Source of the DNA: a virus
Taxonomy: Duplodnaviria > Caudoviricetes
Reading direction: 5' to 3' (one strand)
Virus record (IMG/VR): IMGVR_UViG_3300030095_004938
Coordinates: 3,695 to 67,694 of that record
DNA: 64,000 nucleotides
Position 1 is the stretch's first letter, and each line of letters starts with the position of its first letter. The position numbers and the translations under genes were made by a program. Below, in pieces: positions 33,142 to 42,503 of the stretch. The notes below the pieces were generated by a model. It saw nothing but the letters and a program-made list of their open reading frames with translations, ran no database searches and had not been told where the DNA came from.

Positions 33142-36100
33142 CAGACGTTGACCTTGGGCTGGCCGAAGAACGACTGGTGGTAGTCGAGGAGGATAACTCT
33201 GGCGTCAATGTCTGCCTGAACTCCGCTCGCGGCGATGTTGTTCGTTTCGCCGGGATCAACGCTCAGGTCGTACATCTCGTAAGCCTGGCCCTGCGTGACG
33301 GGGCCGTTGGGATAGTTCTTTGCGTAGATGCGGCGCACCTTGTATCCCTCGGCTGCTCCGCTCTCCGATGACCCGACGACGCTCATGTCGTACTCGTAGT
33401 ACTCCGTCGTCACGGTGTGGATGTAGCCAGGCTGGAACACGCAGTGGCTGGTGATCGCCTTGCCAGCCGACGACCCCGTGCCGAACGCATCGTAGAAGCT
33501 AACCCCGTCGATCTTAGCGTAGTCGTCCGTCGTGACGAAGTCCCGCCAGTTCGGGGAGATGATGTCGAGGATCGTCGGGTAGAAGTCCATCGCGTCGATG
33601 TACCTGTCGCAGTCCGTTCCTCTGAGGGCGGTCGGGATCAGCGGCCCCCACACGAGCAGCGGGGTCAGGATGCCCTCGTCCTTCGTGCTGCCCTTCGCGT
33701 CGTCGGCGATGTGGTACTGCGTTCCGCCAGTAGTGCCGTCGGATGTCGGCGGAAATGAGTTGTACCAGGGGTCCAGGGGAAACCCACTTCCAAGCCCCCT
33801 GAACTCCGTCGTCGTCATCGGCTCAAGAACGCTCTTGTCGCCGCCATTGTCGGCGTAGTGCATGAACGTCGTGAGCGCATAGGCGTCTGGATGGTTGACC
33901 TGGATGTAGTTTTCAATCTCTTTGGTCAGGGTGTCCACCGCCTCCATCATCGCGACGAACCGGCGGAACGGCGTGTGCACCTGGCCCTCTGGGCCATACG
34001 GGTACGACAGGTAGGGCTCCGAATCCCGGTCAACGAAGACGTACGGAGCCCCCCCGTTGTCGTCCTCGTAGCTTGTTCCGGACGCGTTCCATCCGCCTTC
34101 GTCGGTTTCACCGTTGGTTCCTCGCGCATTCTCCACAAGCTCCGCCTGCGTGTAGGTGCTGTGGAGCTGAACGCTGCGCCCCGACGGGTTGGCCGGGTCG
34201 ACGAGCAGATGGTTCTGAGCGAGCTGCGGCCACAGTCCGTGCGGAAGGTTCGTCTCGAAGTCGACGACGAAGGGCTTCCCGGCGCTCACGCACTCATTGA
34301 TGAAGTAGGTGATCTTCTTGTACATCAACGCCGGGCTGAAGATGTTGCCCTCGGGCAGGTCGTCACCGGCGAAGTAGGTAGTCTGGTCGCTCTGAGTCGT
34401 GTAGATGTACGGGTAGCTAAAGTATCCGTAGTCGGGCTCGCCAGGGTCGCCGCTCGTGTTCGTCAGCAGCGCCTCGTGAGACTCTGTGAATCCAGCCTCG
34501 TCGACGATGTCCCTTGGGCTGTTCCTGTTCGAAAGCGCGCCGCTCCCGCCACCGGGCCCGCTGTAGTCAAAGAGGTGGTACTTGCCGAACATCGCGATGC
34601 CGTGCTGAACGCCGGAGTCCGTCGCGATCTTGGGCCACGGATTCTGCCCTGACTTGATGCCCTCGTAGAACGGGTCTTGCTGCGGATAGGTGGCCGGGTT
34701 CGGAGTATTGCCGAGGACGTCACCGATGCCAGTACCGTAGGTGTGGAGCGGAGTCCGATGGCCCTGCCTGCCGGTGAAGATAGCAGCGCGCGTCGGAGCA
34801 CAGCGCGCATTTACGCGGGCCTGAGTGAAGCGCATGGCCCGCCCGAGCACGTCGCCATCCAGGTGCGCCATGTTTGGGTACGGGAAGTTGTCAGCAACGC
34901 CAGGCCACCTGTTCTCCGCGTCGTAATAGGGAATCATCGAACGCGGGACGTCGTCCATCATAAAGAGGACGAGGTTGTTCGCGGGCGGGCCAGCCTGCGG
35001 GTTGAAGAGCTGAGTGCCGAGCACCTCCTCGATCGTTGCCGTGACGTCACCGACGCCGGTACCTTCCGCCGTGTGGACGTGCTTGTAGGGCAGCGAGGCG
35101 TTGAGGAACCTGACCGTCACGGTCTCGCCGGTGTCCTCACGAGTCCAGTCGAACGGGATGCTACCCGCGTAGTTCGAGCGGTAGATCCTGTGGAAGGCGT
35201 CGGTCTCTTCGTAGGTGCCCCCACTGAGCTTGATGTTCCACCGCCTGCGCCTCGTCGAGAGCTGCGGGCCGGAGTTCATAAAGCCGGTCTGCGTCCGCAT
35301 CCTGCGGTCGACGTCGCAGTATTCCTCGGTGATCGACCAGGACAGCGGCGTCACCAGGGAGCCGGACTTGTTCGTGTCCTCAGCGTCGAGGGGGATGGAG
35401 AGCTGGTCCTGGTCGGGCGGGTCGCCGGGCAGGCTCGGCGCGTCCACAGAGAAGCTGTTCCACCTGACCGCGTTGGCGAGGTAGGAGGACCCAGCGTGCT
35501 CGTACTTCACCCCGATGCCGATACCGTCCAGGACTGCGTTGCTGCTGATGTCCGTGACGTACCCATCGACGAACTCCACACCGATCCCAGCGGAGCCTTC
35601 GGCCACCACGAACGTCTGGTTGACCGAGTCCAGAGCCACGCGCATAGCCACGAAGTCGCCCTGGCCCTGGTTGATGTTCTGGCACTCGAAGTCGATCTCG
35701 AAGGGCACTCCGCTAGTCGGAGCGGTGATCGCAGCGGTCTGCGCGATGACCGGCGCGTCTTCGCCGCTTCCAGTCTCGCCGTCGTTGAACCGCTGGATCT
35801 GGATGCGCGTGTCCACGCCGTCCTTGACGATCGAGGCGACGTAGGCGTTGTGCGCGAAGTCGACGACGGTGCCGTCGGGGAGGCCGCCAGCCGTCTGTAG
35901 CCGCGACCGAAGGACTGCCAGGTTGCCCGCGCTCGGGATGTACTTCGGCGTGTACCGAAGCACCACCCCAAGCTCGTACTGAGTTGCGGCGTCGATGGTG
36001 AAGGTGGCCTTCGCGCGCTGCTGCGGATCAGAGACCATGTCCTGCCGCAGATACCACCCGTAGTTCTGGTCCTCGTCGGTCGAATACGAGGTGTGGGTGA

Positions 36101-37286
36101 ACGGGTCCGCCCCAAGGACGACGTAGTCGTTGGTCTGGTCTCCGAGAAGGTGGCTGTGGTGGCTACTGAACTCGTTCGGGTCGTTGGAGGGGTTCGTCCC
36201 CATGCCGGACCCGTGCTCGTCGCCTGTCCACGCCTGCTGGAGACTGTTGCCGCCGGGCTGGAACTGCGGGTACGTCGCGTGCGCCGGGACACGGTAGCCG
36301 AGGCGGTGGAAGGGACGCCGGAACTCGTCGCGGATGAACAGGTTGAGCGGCGTGAGCGTCGACACCTCGAAGCTCTTCACCGTCATGTAGGACTGGTAGT
36401 TGCTGCCGACAACGAACCCCTGCGTCCCGAAGCCCCAACGGCCTGGAGCATCGGTGAAGAGCGCGTCGTCCTCATCGAAGATCAGGACTTCACCCTTCAC
36501 CTGGACGCCACCGCCTGTAGATCCCACCAGGACCGGGTCCGCGTTCTGGTAGGGGCGAACGAGCGCCGGTCCTATTTCTGCGTAGCACCGGACCCTCGTG
36601 CCCTGGCAGACCATGCGGAGGGAGCGAGGCTTGAAGTGGTTGAACGGCTGGACTGAAGAGACCGCCCCATCAAGCACCGCTCCCGAGTTCTCAACCCTGA
36701 CGGAGTAGGAGACCGTCGGGGCTCCTGCTGAAAACTTCCCGAGCACGAACCAGTCCGCCAGCTCACCCTCGTCCCTCATGTGGCCGAAGAAGATCCCTTG
36801 CGGCTCCTTGATGTAGTACCTCGGCGTGTCCGTGAAGCCAGGTGAGGTCGCGACTCCGAGGGTGCCGAGTCGGACCCTGCCGTAGACGAAGTACCCCTCC
36901 AGACTTCGAGCGTTCGCGCTGCCGGAGTCGTACATCGCGAAGTTCGCCTTGACCTGGGCGTCGTTCGCCCAGAGCTGCCGATCGACACAGGAGAAAAGCC
37001 GAACGTCTCTGGGGTCCCCTGGCGTACTGTCGAACTGTCCGTCGTGCTCCTGGAAGCACGCCTCGAACTGAAACCCAGGTGAAACCGGAGCGTCGAGGGA
37101 GCCGCGAGCGTGAAGCACGCCGGGGATGCTGTAGAAGTTCTTGTCGAACCCACTGCCGGTGAAGTGACCGTTGGGGCTCGTGCCACTGGAGTTGCTGACC
37201 GTGATCCCCAGGTAGCGATCGGGGAACCTGTAACCGACTAGGTCGTTGACGAGGAAGTCTTCAGTGCTGGGCCAGACTTGAGTCAT
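33141..37286 (-). CDS. Distal tail (Dit/gpM-like) protein fused to N-terminal beta/lectin-like domains and a C-terminal formylglycine-dependent sulfatase
   Basis: Follows the tape measure gene; Dit-like core at ~35019-35363; sulfatase motifs FMMDD, CAPTRAAIFTG (34788-34802 for CAPTR), FGKYH, LPH, ADNGG, AKGS, DFYPTILD, YDLSVDPGETNNIA. Confidence 0.88.
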   Translation of the reverse strand: MTQVWPSTEDFLVNDLVGYRFPDRYLGITVSNSSGTSPNGHFTGSGFDKNFYSIPGVLHARGSLDAPVSPGFQFEACFQEHDGQFDSTPGDPRDVRLFSCVDRQLWANDAQVKANFAMYDSGSANARSLEGYFVYGRVRLGTLGVATSPGFTDTPRYYIKEPQGIFFGHMRDEGELADWFVLGKFSAGAPTVSYSVRVENSGAVLDGAVSSVQPFNHFKPRSLRMVCQGTRVRCYAEIGPALVRPYQNADPVLVGSTGGGVQVKGEVLIFDEDDALFTDAPGRWGFGTQGFVVGSNYQSYMTVKSFEVSTLTPLNLFIRDEFRRPFHRLGYRVPAHATYPQFQPGGNSLQQAWTGDEHGSGMGTNPSNDPNEFSSHHSHLLGDQTNDYVVLGADPFTHTSYSTDEDQNYGWYLRQDMVSDPQQRAKATFTIDAATQYELGVVLRYTPKYIPSAGNLAVLRSRLQTAGGLPDGTVVDFAHNAYVASIVKDGVDTRIQIQRFNDGETGSGEDAPVIAQTAAITAPTSGVPFEIDFECQNINQGQGDFVAMRVALDSVNQTFVVAEGSAGIGVEFVDGYVTDISSNAVLDGIGIGVKYEHAGSSYLANAVRWNSFSVDAPSLPGDPPDQDQLSIPLDAEDTNKSGSLVTPLSWSITEEYCDVDRRMRTQTGFMNSGPQLSTRRRRWNIKLSGGTYEETDAFHRIYRSNYAGSIPFDWTREDTGETVTVRFLNASLPYKHVHTAEGTGVGDVTATIEEVLGTQLFNPQAGPPANNLVLFMMDDVPRSMIPYYDAENRWPGVADNFPYPNMAHLDGDVLGRAMRFTQARVNARCAPTRAAIFTGRQGHRTPLHTYGTGIGDVLGNTPNPATYPQQDPFYEGIKSGQNPWPKIATDSGVQHGIAMFGKYHLFDYSGPGGGSGALSNRNSPRDIVDEAGFTESHEALLTNTSGDPGEPDYGYFSYPYIYTTQSDQTTYFAGDDLPEGNIFSPALMYKKITYFINECVSAGKPFVVDFETNLPHGLWPQLAQNHLLVDPANPSGRSVQLHSTYTQAELVENARGTNGETDEGGWNASGTSYEDDNGGAPYVFVDRDSEPYLSYPYGPEGQVHTPFRRFVAMMEAVDTLTKEIENYIQVNHPDAYALTTFMHYADNGGDKSVLEPMTTTEFRGLGSGFPLDPWYNSFPPTSDGTTGGTQYHIADDAKGSTKDEGILTPLLVWGPLIPTALRGTDCDRYIDAMDFYPTILDIISPNWRDFVTTDDYAKIDGVSFYDAFGTGSSAGKAITSHCVFQPGYIHTVTTEYYEYDMSVVGSSESGAAEGYKVRRIYAKNYPNGPVTQGQAYEMYDLSVDPGETNNIAASGVQADIDARVILLDYHQSFFGQPKVNV

Positions 37287-40200
37287 CGGTTGCGCCCTCT
37301 CTGCTGCGCTTGTCGGACACCCCTGACCAGCTTGGAGCTTCGACCGCGTAGCAGCGAGCCGCCCAGCGTGTCAGCGATCCTCGGCATGGCCTTGTCGATC
37401 GCGCGGTCCACAGACGCCTCGACCTGAGCCGGGTCCTGTGCTCCGCGAGCGTCGACCGTGATCGGCATCGAGATCTCGGTGGTGGTGTTATAGACCATGC
37501 CGTTGCCGACAGGGGTCTGCGTCGCCGTAGACGAGTGCGCCATCTCCACACGGTTGATGAGGTCCATCGTGAGCTTCTGCATCTCGGCGAGGCCGGTGAT
37601 GTTGAGCTTGACCGGGATGTTCTTGCCGTCGGGCAGGGGAACGAACGCCTCGGCGCCGTCGCCCTCGCCGAAGATCGCGAACTGAGGCGAGTTTGCGACG
37701 CCGCCGCTGGCGTAGGCGTTGATCGGGAGGTTGCCCCTGCCGAGCATCTTGCCCTGCATGATGCCGCCACGGGCGAACGACCCGTCTGCCTGCGGTGGCC
37801 CGATCGGGCCGTCGCCGCCTCCGCCTCCGAGGTTGAACACGCCTGCCAGCTTCTGGATCGCGATCAGCGTCAGCAGCTCGGCGATGATGTTGCCGATCAC
37901 CTTGATCGCGGTCTGCCCGAGCGCCTCCCACGAGAACTGGTTGTTCGCGAGGTCGTTCACGAGCTGCCGTGTGATCAGCGCGAGGCCCTGGCCCGCACGC
38001 TCGCCAGCCTCGGCCCAGTCCTCCACAGCGTCGATCGCTTGCTCGTAGCCGAAGACCAGGGCTTCGCCGAAGCTCGCGTCGGCGATGGCCTGCTGCTGCT
38101 CCTTGATCTTGCGCAGCACCTCGATCTGCTCGTAGAGCAGCCGGACTTCCTCCTCTGAGAGGCCCGCGTTCAGCAGCAGCCGCTCGCGCTCTGCGATGGC
38201 GGCCTCGGTCTTCGCCACGTTGAGCGCCAGCGTCGCCTGCCGCTCCTTGCCGAGGATGGACAGCAGGTCGGCGTTGATCTCACCCAACTCTTCGCGGAGG
38301 TCGACCTCGCGCTCGATCTGCTGGTTGATCAGGTCGTTGACCTGCGCGTCGGCCAGCGCCTGCGTGAGCGGAATCAGCGCCTGGTACTCTTCCTTGAGGT
38401 CGGCGTTGCCCTGGATCTTCGCGTTGAGCGAGGCCACCTCGGCGGCTGCGTTCGCGTCGATGGCCGCGATCTGGTCTTCAAGCGACAGCGTGACCTGCGC
38501 CTGAAGGCCGAAGATCTTCGCGATGGACGACGCCCGCTGCGCCTCAAGCTCCAGGCCGCTGGCGTTGACGTCCTGCTGGACGGCGAGGAGGCGCTGGAGT
38601 GCAGCGATCTGCTCTTCAACGATCGCGACCTGATCGCTGCCTTCGGCGAGGCCAGCCTGGACTGCCTTGGCTTCCTCGATCCTCGACTGGATCTTCGCCT
38701 CGGACAGAAGCTCCGCAGCCTCGCGCTCTCTGCCGAGAAGGGAAAGCGTCTCTGCCGTGATGTCGTTCAGCTCATCCTGAAGTCGAGCCTGGTTGCGGAG
38801 TGCTGCGCTCTCGGCGTCACGGCTGCTCGCATCGGCCACTGCATTGATCAGGTGGAGCAGCTCCTGAAGTTCCTCGCGCAGCTCGCTGTTCTTGGCGATG
38901 CGCTCCTTCAGTGCGACTACGGCGACGCGGCGGTTCGCCTCGATGGCGGTGAGCTGATCCTCCAGCGACCCAGTGAGTTGGACCTGAAGCTTCGCGGCGT
39001 CGGCGAAGGCGTCCACACGGGCCGACTGGCCACTGAGGGCGGCGAGGTCGCGCTCCTGCGCCACCAGACCGGCTGTGGCAGCCTTCCTCGCGTTGACCGT
39101 CTCCAGGACGAGCTTGGACTGTGCCTCCAGCTCGGCGGCCCTACGGGCGATCTCAGCCTCCGTCTCGGCGGACTCCTCCCCCGCCGTGGCGAAGTCCTTC
39201 TGGAACGTCAGGATCGCCTGGTTGAGCCGGTCGATCTCCTGGAGGTTGTCGATCTGAGCTTGCAGACCCTTGGCCGTTGCCGTGTCGCCACGGACTTCTG
39301 CGAGCCGAAGCTCCAGTTGCAGCAAGTCCTTGTCGCGGTTGAGGAGGATGTCGAGTTCCTTCGACTCACCCCTGACCTGATCCCTGATGCGACCGGCGAC
39401 TTCGAGCCTGCGGTTGTTCACCGTCTCGCCATCGCGAAGCTCCTCGTTGAGCGCCTCGCTGACCGTCTTCAGCTCCTTGCCGATCTGCACGACCCGCTCG
39501 GCGTCTTCGAGGGCGCCACGGCTGACCACCTGGAAGCCTCCGTCCTCGCCGAGGCTGACAGAGATCAGATCGCGGAGCGGGTCAAGGCCCGAAGCGAACG
39601 CCTGCGCCGACGCAGCTCCCGCCTCCTGAAAGACCGAAGACACGCGGGTCGGGTCCACCTCGATCGGAGACAGGAGGTCCCCGTCAGCGAACGCCTCCTC
39701 AACTCCAAGGCGGAACCGTAGCGCAAACTCATCCACGGCTGCGGAAGCCGCCTTGGCGCCTGCAAGCTCGGCACCGGCCTGGACCGACTGCTCTGCGATC
39801 TCAGTCGCACTAACGCCTCCGAAGTCATCACCAACGCGAGTCCTGTCCCGCTGCTCTGCGAATCGAATCTCGTCCGCACGGGATTCCGCATACGCCTTTC
39901 CGGCTGCCTTGCCCGCCTCGATGGCGACAGCCCTGGCGCTTGCGATGTAGTCGGCCTGCTCTGACGGCGGGATTTCCGCCAGGTCAATTTCAAGCTGAAG
40001 TCCGCCAGGAAGATCGAGCGCGAACTTCTCGATCTCTGATAGAGAGCCAGCGCCGATCACTCCGAGGTCCTGAAGCCTCGCGTTTAGCTTGGCTGAGGCA
40101 ATCTCAAGATCGCTGATCGCCCCTTTAGCTGCGATGGCCTGCCTGACGACCTCATCGAACGACTCCTGCGTGCCGCTCCTGCTGTCGAGGATTCCAAGAA

Positions 40201-41542
40201 ACCTCGCAAGCTCAACGGTGGCACCGGAGATCTCCTCGCCAAGCCCAGTGAAGAAGTTACCGATGGTGTTCTTCAGCTCGTCGAACGCTCGGCCAGAGCT
40301 GGAGCGAAGCTCGTTCATCGCCTGGTCAGCGGCGCCCAGGCTACCCTCCATGCCGTCCATCGCCTCGGTGAACAGACGCGCATCATCGTCGACCAGGGAG
40401 AGCAGGCCAGCCAGGCCCTCCACACGACCGATCACCTTGCCCATCTCATCGTTGTTCCCGTTCAGCGCGCGTTGCAGCGTCTGAAGGGTCTCGATGAAGC
40501 CGAGGTTCTTGATGGTGGACGAGTCGAATCGCTGGCCGATTCTCTGGAACGCCTTGTCGAAGTCGTCCTGCTTCTTGATCGTCGCGTTGATGATCGAGCG
40601 GATCTTGGTGATCGCCTCAGACGCGGACGAGCCCGACCGCGTGAGCGCCACAATGGAGGCGCCCAGCTCCTTGAAGCTGACACCGGCGGCCTTCGCCAGC
40701 GGAGTGATCCGACCAAGGGACGGGTCCAGCTCGTTCAGGTATAGCTTGCCCTGGCGGACGATCGCGAAGAAGTCGTCCGTGACCTTGGCGGCGCCTGCGA
40801 CCTCGTCCCCGTAGGAGTTCAGAACACCGATCAGAAGGGACGCGGCCTCCTGCTGCGTGGAGACCGTGCCGATCGACAGCTTGATCGAGTTGTCCAAGAC
40901 CGCGTTGGCCTCGGCAGCGTTCGTCGCGCCAGCACTGATGGCGTCGTAGAGCGCCGGTGCGGTCTTCAGCAGCGACTCTCCGTAGGCATCAGCAACATCC
41001 TCGACGATGTCGCGCTGCGCCTGCGAGGAGAAGGTCGCCTCATCGGTCAGCGTGGCGATCTCGGCCAGCCGAAGGTTGTACTCGGCGCCAGCCTTGGTCG
41101 CCTCACCAGTGACCCTTGCCGCAATCCTGAAAGCCTGAATCGCCAGCCCGATCTTCAGCAGCCCAGCAGTCGTTCCACCGAGCGTTTGGTTGTACTCCTT
41201 CGCAGCGTCTGAGGCCCCCCGCGTGTTCGTCTTCAGGTTGACGAGCTGCGTGTTCGCGTCCTTCAGCCGGGCGTTCTCACCCTTCGGGAAGAGCGGGCCG
41301 ATGAACTGAGCGTCAGCGCCGGTGAAGCCCTTCGCGCCAGCGCCGGGGCCGACCTTCGGCACCGCGATCGTCGGAGCCTTCAGCTTGTTGAAGGCGTTCT
41401 TGATCTTCCGAGCTTCAGCCTCGACCACGCCGGTCGTTGCCACCATCTTCTTCTCGAAGTTCGTGAGGGCCGTGATGGCCTTCATCGTGTCGAGGAGAAG
41501 TCTGACGTCGATGACGCCGGGGTCGGACTGCTTGCTGGTCAT
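37283..41542 (-). CDS. Tape measure protein
   Basis: 1419 aa, Ala/Glu-rich helical; N-terminal TP901-type region; C-terminal ASGG...GEGDGAEAFVPL motif. Confidence 0.92.
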   Translation of the reverse strand: MTSKQSDPGVIDVRLLLDTMKAITALTNFEKKMVATTGVVEAEARKIKNAFNKLKAPTIAVPKVGPGAGAKGFTGADAQFIGPLFPKGENARLKDANTQLVNLKTNTRGASDAAKEYNQTLGGTTAGLLKIGLAIQAFRIAARVTGEATKAGAEYNLRLAEIATLTDEATFSSQAQRDIVEDVADAYGESLLKTAPALYDAISAGATNAAEANAVLDNSIKLSIGTVSTQQEAASLLIGVLNSYGDEVAGAAKVTDDFFAIVRQGKLYLNELDPSLGRITPLAKAAGVSFKELGASIVALTRSGSSASEAITKIRSIINATIKKQDDFDKAFQRIGQRFDSSTIKNLGFIETLQTLQRALNGNNDEMGKVIGRVEGLAGLLSLVDDDARLFTEAMDGMEGSLGAADQAMNELRSSSGRAFDELKNTIGNFFTGLGEEISGATVELARFLGILDSRSGTQESFDEVVRQAIAAKGAISDLEIASAKLNARLQDLGVIGAGSLSEIEKFALDLPGGLQLEIDLAEIPPSEQADYIASARAVAIEAGKAAGKAYAESRADEIRFAEQRDRTRVGDDFGGVSATEIAEQSVQAGAELAGAKAASAAVDEFALRFRLGVEEAFADGDLLSPIEVDPTRVSSVFQEAGAASAQAFASGLDPLRDLISVSLGEDGGFQVVSRGALEDAERVVQIGKELKTVSEALNEELRDGETVNNRRLEVAGRIRDQVRGESKELDILLNRDKDLLQLELRLAEVRGDTATAKGLQAQIDNLQEIDRLNQAILTFQKDFATAGEESAETEAEIARRAAELEAQSKLVLETVNARKAATAGLVAQERDLAALSGQSARVDAFADAAKLQVQLTGSLEDQLTAIEANRRVAVVALKERIAKNSELREELQELLHLINAVADASSRDAESAALRNQARLQDELNDITAETLSLLGREREAAELLSEAKIQSRIEEAKAVQAGLAEGSDQVAIVEEQIAALQRLLAVQQDVNASGLELEAQRASSIAKIFGLQAQVTLSLEDQIAAIDANAAAEVASLNAKIQGNADLKEEYQALIPLTQALADAQVNDLINQQIEREVDLREELGEINADLLSILGKERQATLALNVAKTEAAIAERERLLLNAGLSEEEVRLLYEQIEVLRKIKEQQQAIADASFGEALVFGYEQAIDAVEDWAEAGERAGQGLALITRQLVNDLANNQFSWEALGQTAIKVIGNIIAELLTLIAIQKLAGVFNLGGGGGDGPIGPPQADGSFARGGIMQGKMLGRGNLPINAYASGGVANSPQFAIFGEGDGAEAFVPLPDGKNIPVKLNITGLAEMQKLTMDLINRVEMAHSSTATQTPVGNGMVYNTTTEISMPITVDARGAQDPAQVEASVDRAIDKAMPRIADTLGGSLLRGRSSKLVRGVRQAQQRGRNR

Positions 41543-42012
41543 CGTTTGCCTCTAGCCTTGGCTGCGCTGGACTTGGCCTTCTGCTTCGCCGCCCGAGCAT
41601 CCGACTCCTCCTTCTGCACGCGAGCCATCTCGCTGCCGACGGTGGAGCAGAAGTGCAGGAAGCTCGGTGCCTGATCGAGCAGGCCGCCGGGCTCGGGGAA
41701 GATCCCAGCCTCGGCGTGGTCGTAGTGGCGCAGCGCCACAGAGATGTCGTTCGTGATGAAGCTCGTCGGACACCGACTGATGCGAAGCTCACCCCCAGTG
41801 CAGAGGTCACACTTCTCGCCGTCCACAGACGAGATGCGCGACCCGTCGCACCGGGGGCAAGTAATCGTGTACTGCGGGGCCGGGGCGGGTTCGTCGCAGC
41901 CGAACAGACGCCGCTGCTGCGCCTGCTGTGGAGTCAGCGACTCAGGGTACAGGGCGCCGAGGCGCCCGCCGCAGTCCTGGGGACAGCGCGGCAGGCCCTC
42001 GGACAGCGACAT
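41539..42012 (-). CDS. Tail assembly chaperone, second (T) segment, with CxxC...CxxC motif
   Basis: Between the chaperone and tape measure genes; CPRCDG...CDLCTGG; PxxGGLLDQ motif. Confidence 0.7.
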   Translation of the reverse strand: MSLSEGLPRCPQDCGGRLGALYPESLTPQQAQQRRLFGCDEPAPAPQYTITCPRCDGSRISSVDGEKCDLCTGGELRISRCPTSFITNDISVALRHYDHAEAGIFPEPGGLLDQAPSFLHFCSTVGSEMARVQKEESDARAAKQKAKSSAAKARGKR

Positions 42013-42029
42013 ACCCACTGCCACGGCCC

Positions 42030-42428
42030 TTACGCTTCCTTTTCCTCTTCCTCCAGCACGGCGGAAGACGTGATCGCGACGAACATCTCCTGCTGCACTT
42101 CCCACGGGAGGCGCTCCAGGAACTCGTCGGCGACCTGCCCGTTCTTGTCCTTCAGGAACGGGACGTTCTTCCCCTCCTCGTCCTTCAGGAAGTAGCCCTC
42201 GGCGATGTCGACCAGGCCGCACTTCAGCGTGATGTACACGCGGGTGCCGAGGCCCTGGCTTACCGCTCCGGAAAGCGGGTTGACCGAGATCTGAACGGAG
42301 TCGTTCAGCGTCACTCGTTCGCGCTCGGTCAGGTCGCGAATGATCCACATGGTGCGGTCGGCGTCGTCGAGGGTGAGGTCGCCTCTGGTGCACCACTTGC
42401 GCTCCTTCTTCGGTGTTACAGCAATCAT
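42030..42428 (-). CDS. Tail assembly chaperone (G)
   Basis: ATG 42428; position after the tail tube genes; ends with candidate slippery GGAAAAG (42039-42045). Confidence 0.75.
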   Translation of the reverse strand: MIAVTPKKERKWCTRGDLTLDDADRTMWIIRDLTERERVTLNDSVQISVNPLSGAVSQGLGTRVYITLKCGLVDIAEGYFLKDEEGKNVPFLKDKNGQVADEFLERLPWEVQQEMFVAITSSAVLEEEEKEA

Positions 42429-42503
42429 CTCTTCTTCTTCGGTTAGAGAATCGGGGCGCGCACCGCTCATCATCGGCGCACGCCCCAGGTGGATCGCGCG
42501 CTA

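Noticed and set aside
33141-34980. Sulfatase as a free metabolic gene or host contamination
   Set aside because: It is in one continuous frame with the Dit-like domain, and the gene is coupled to both the tape measure and gpL-like genes
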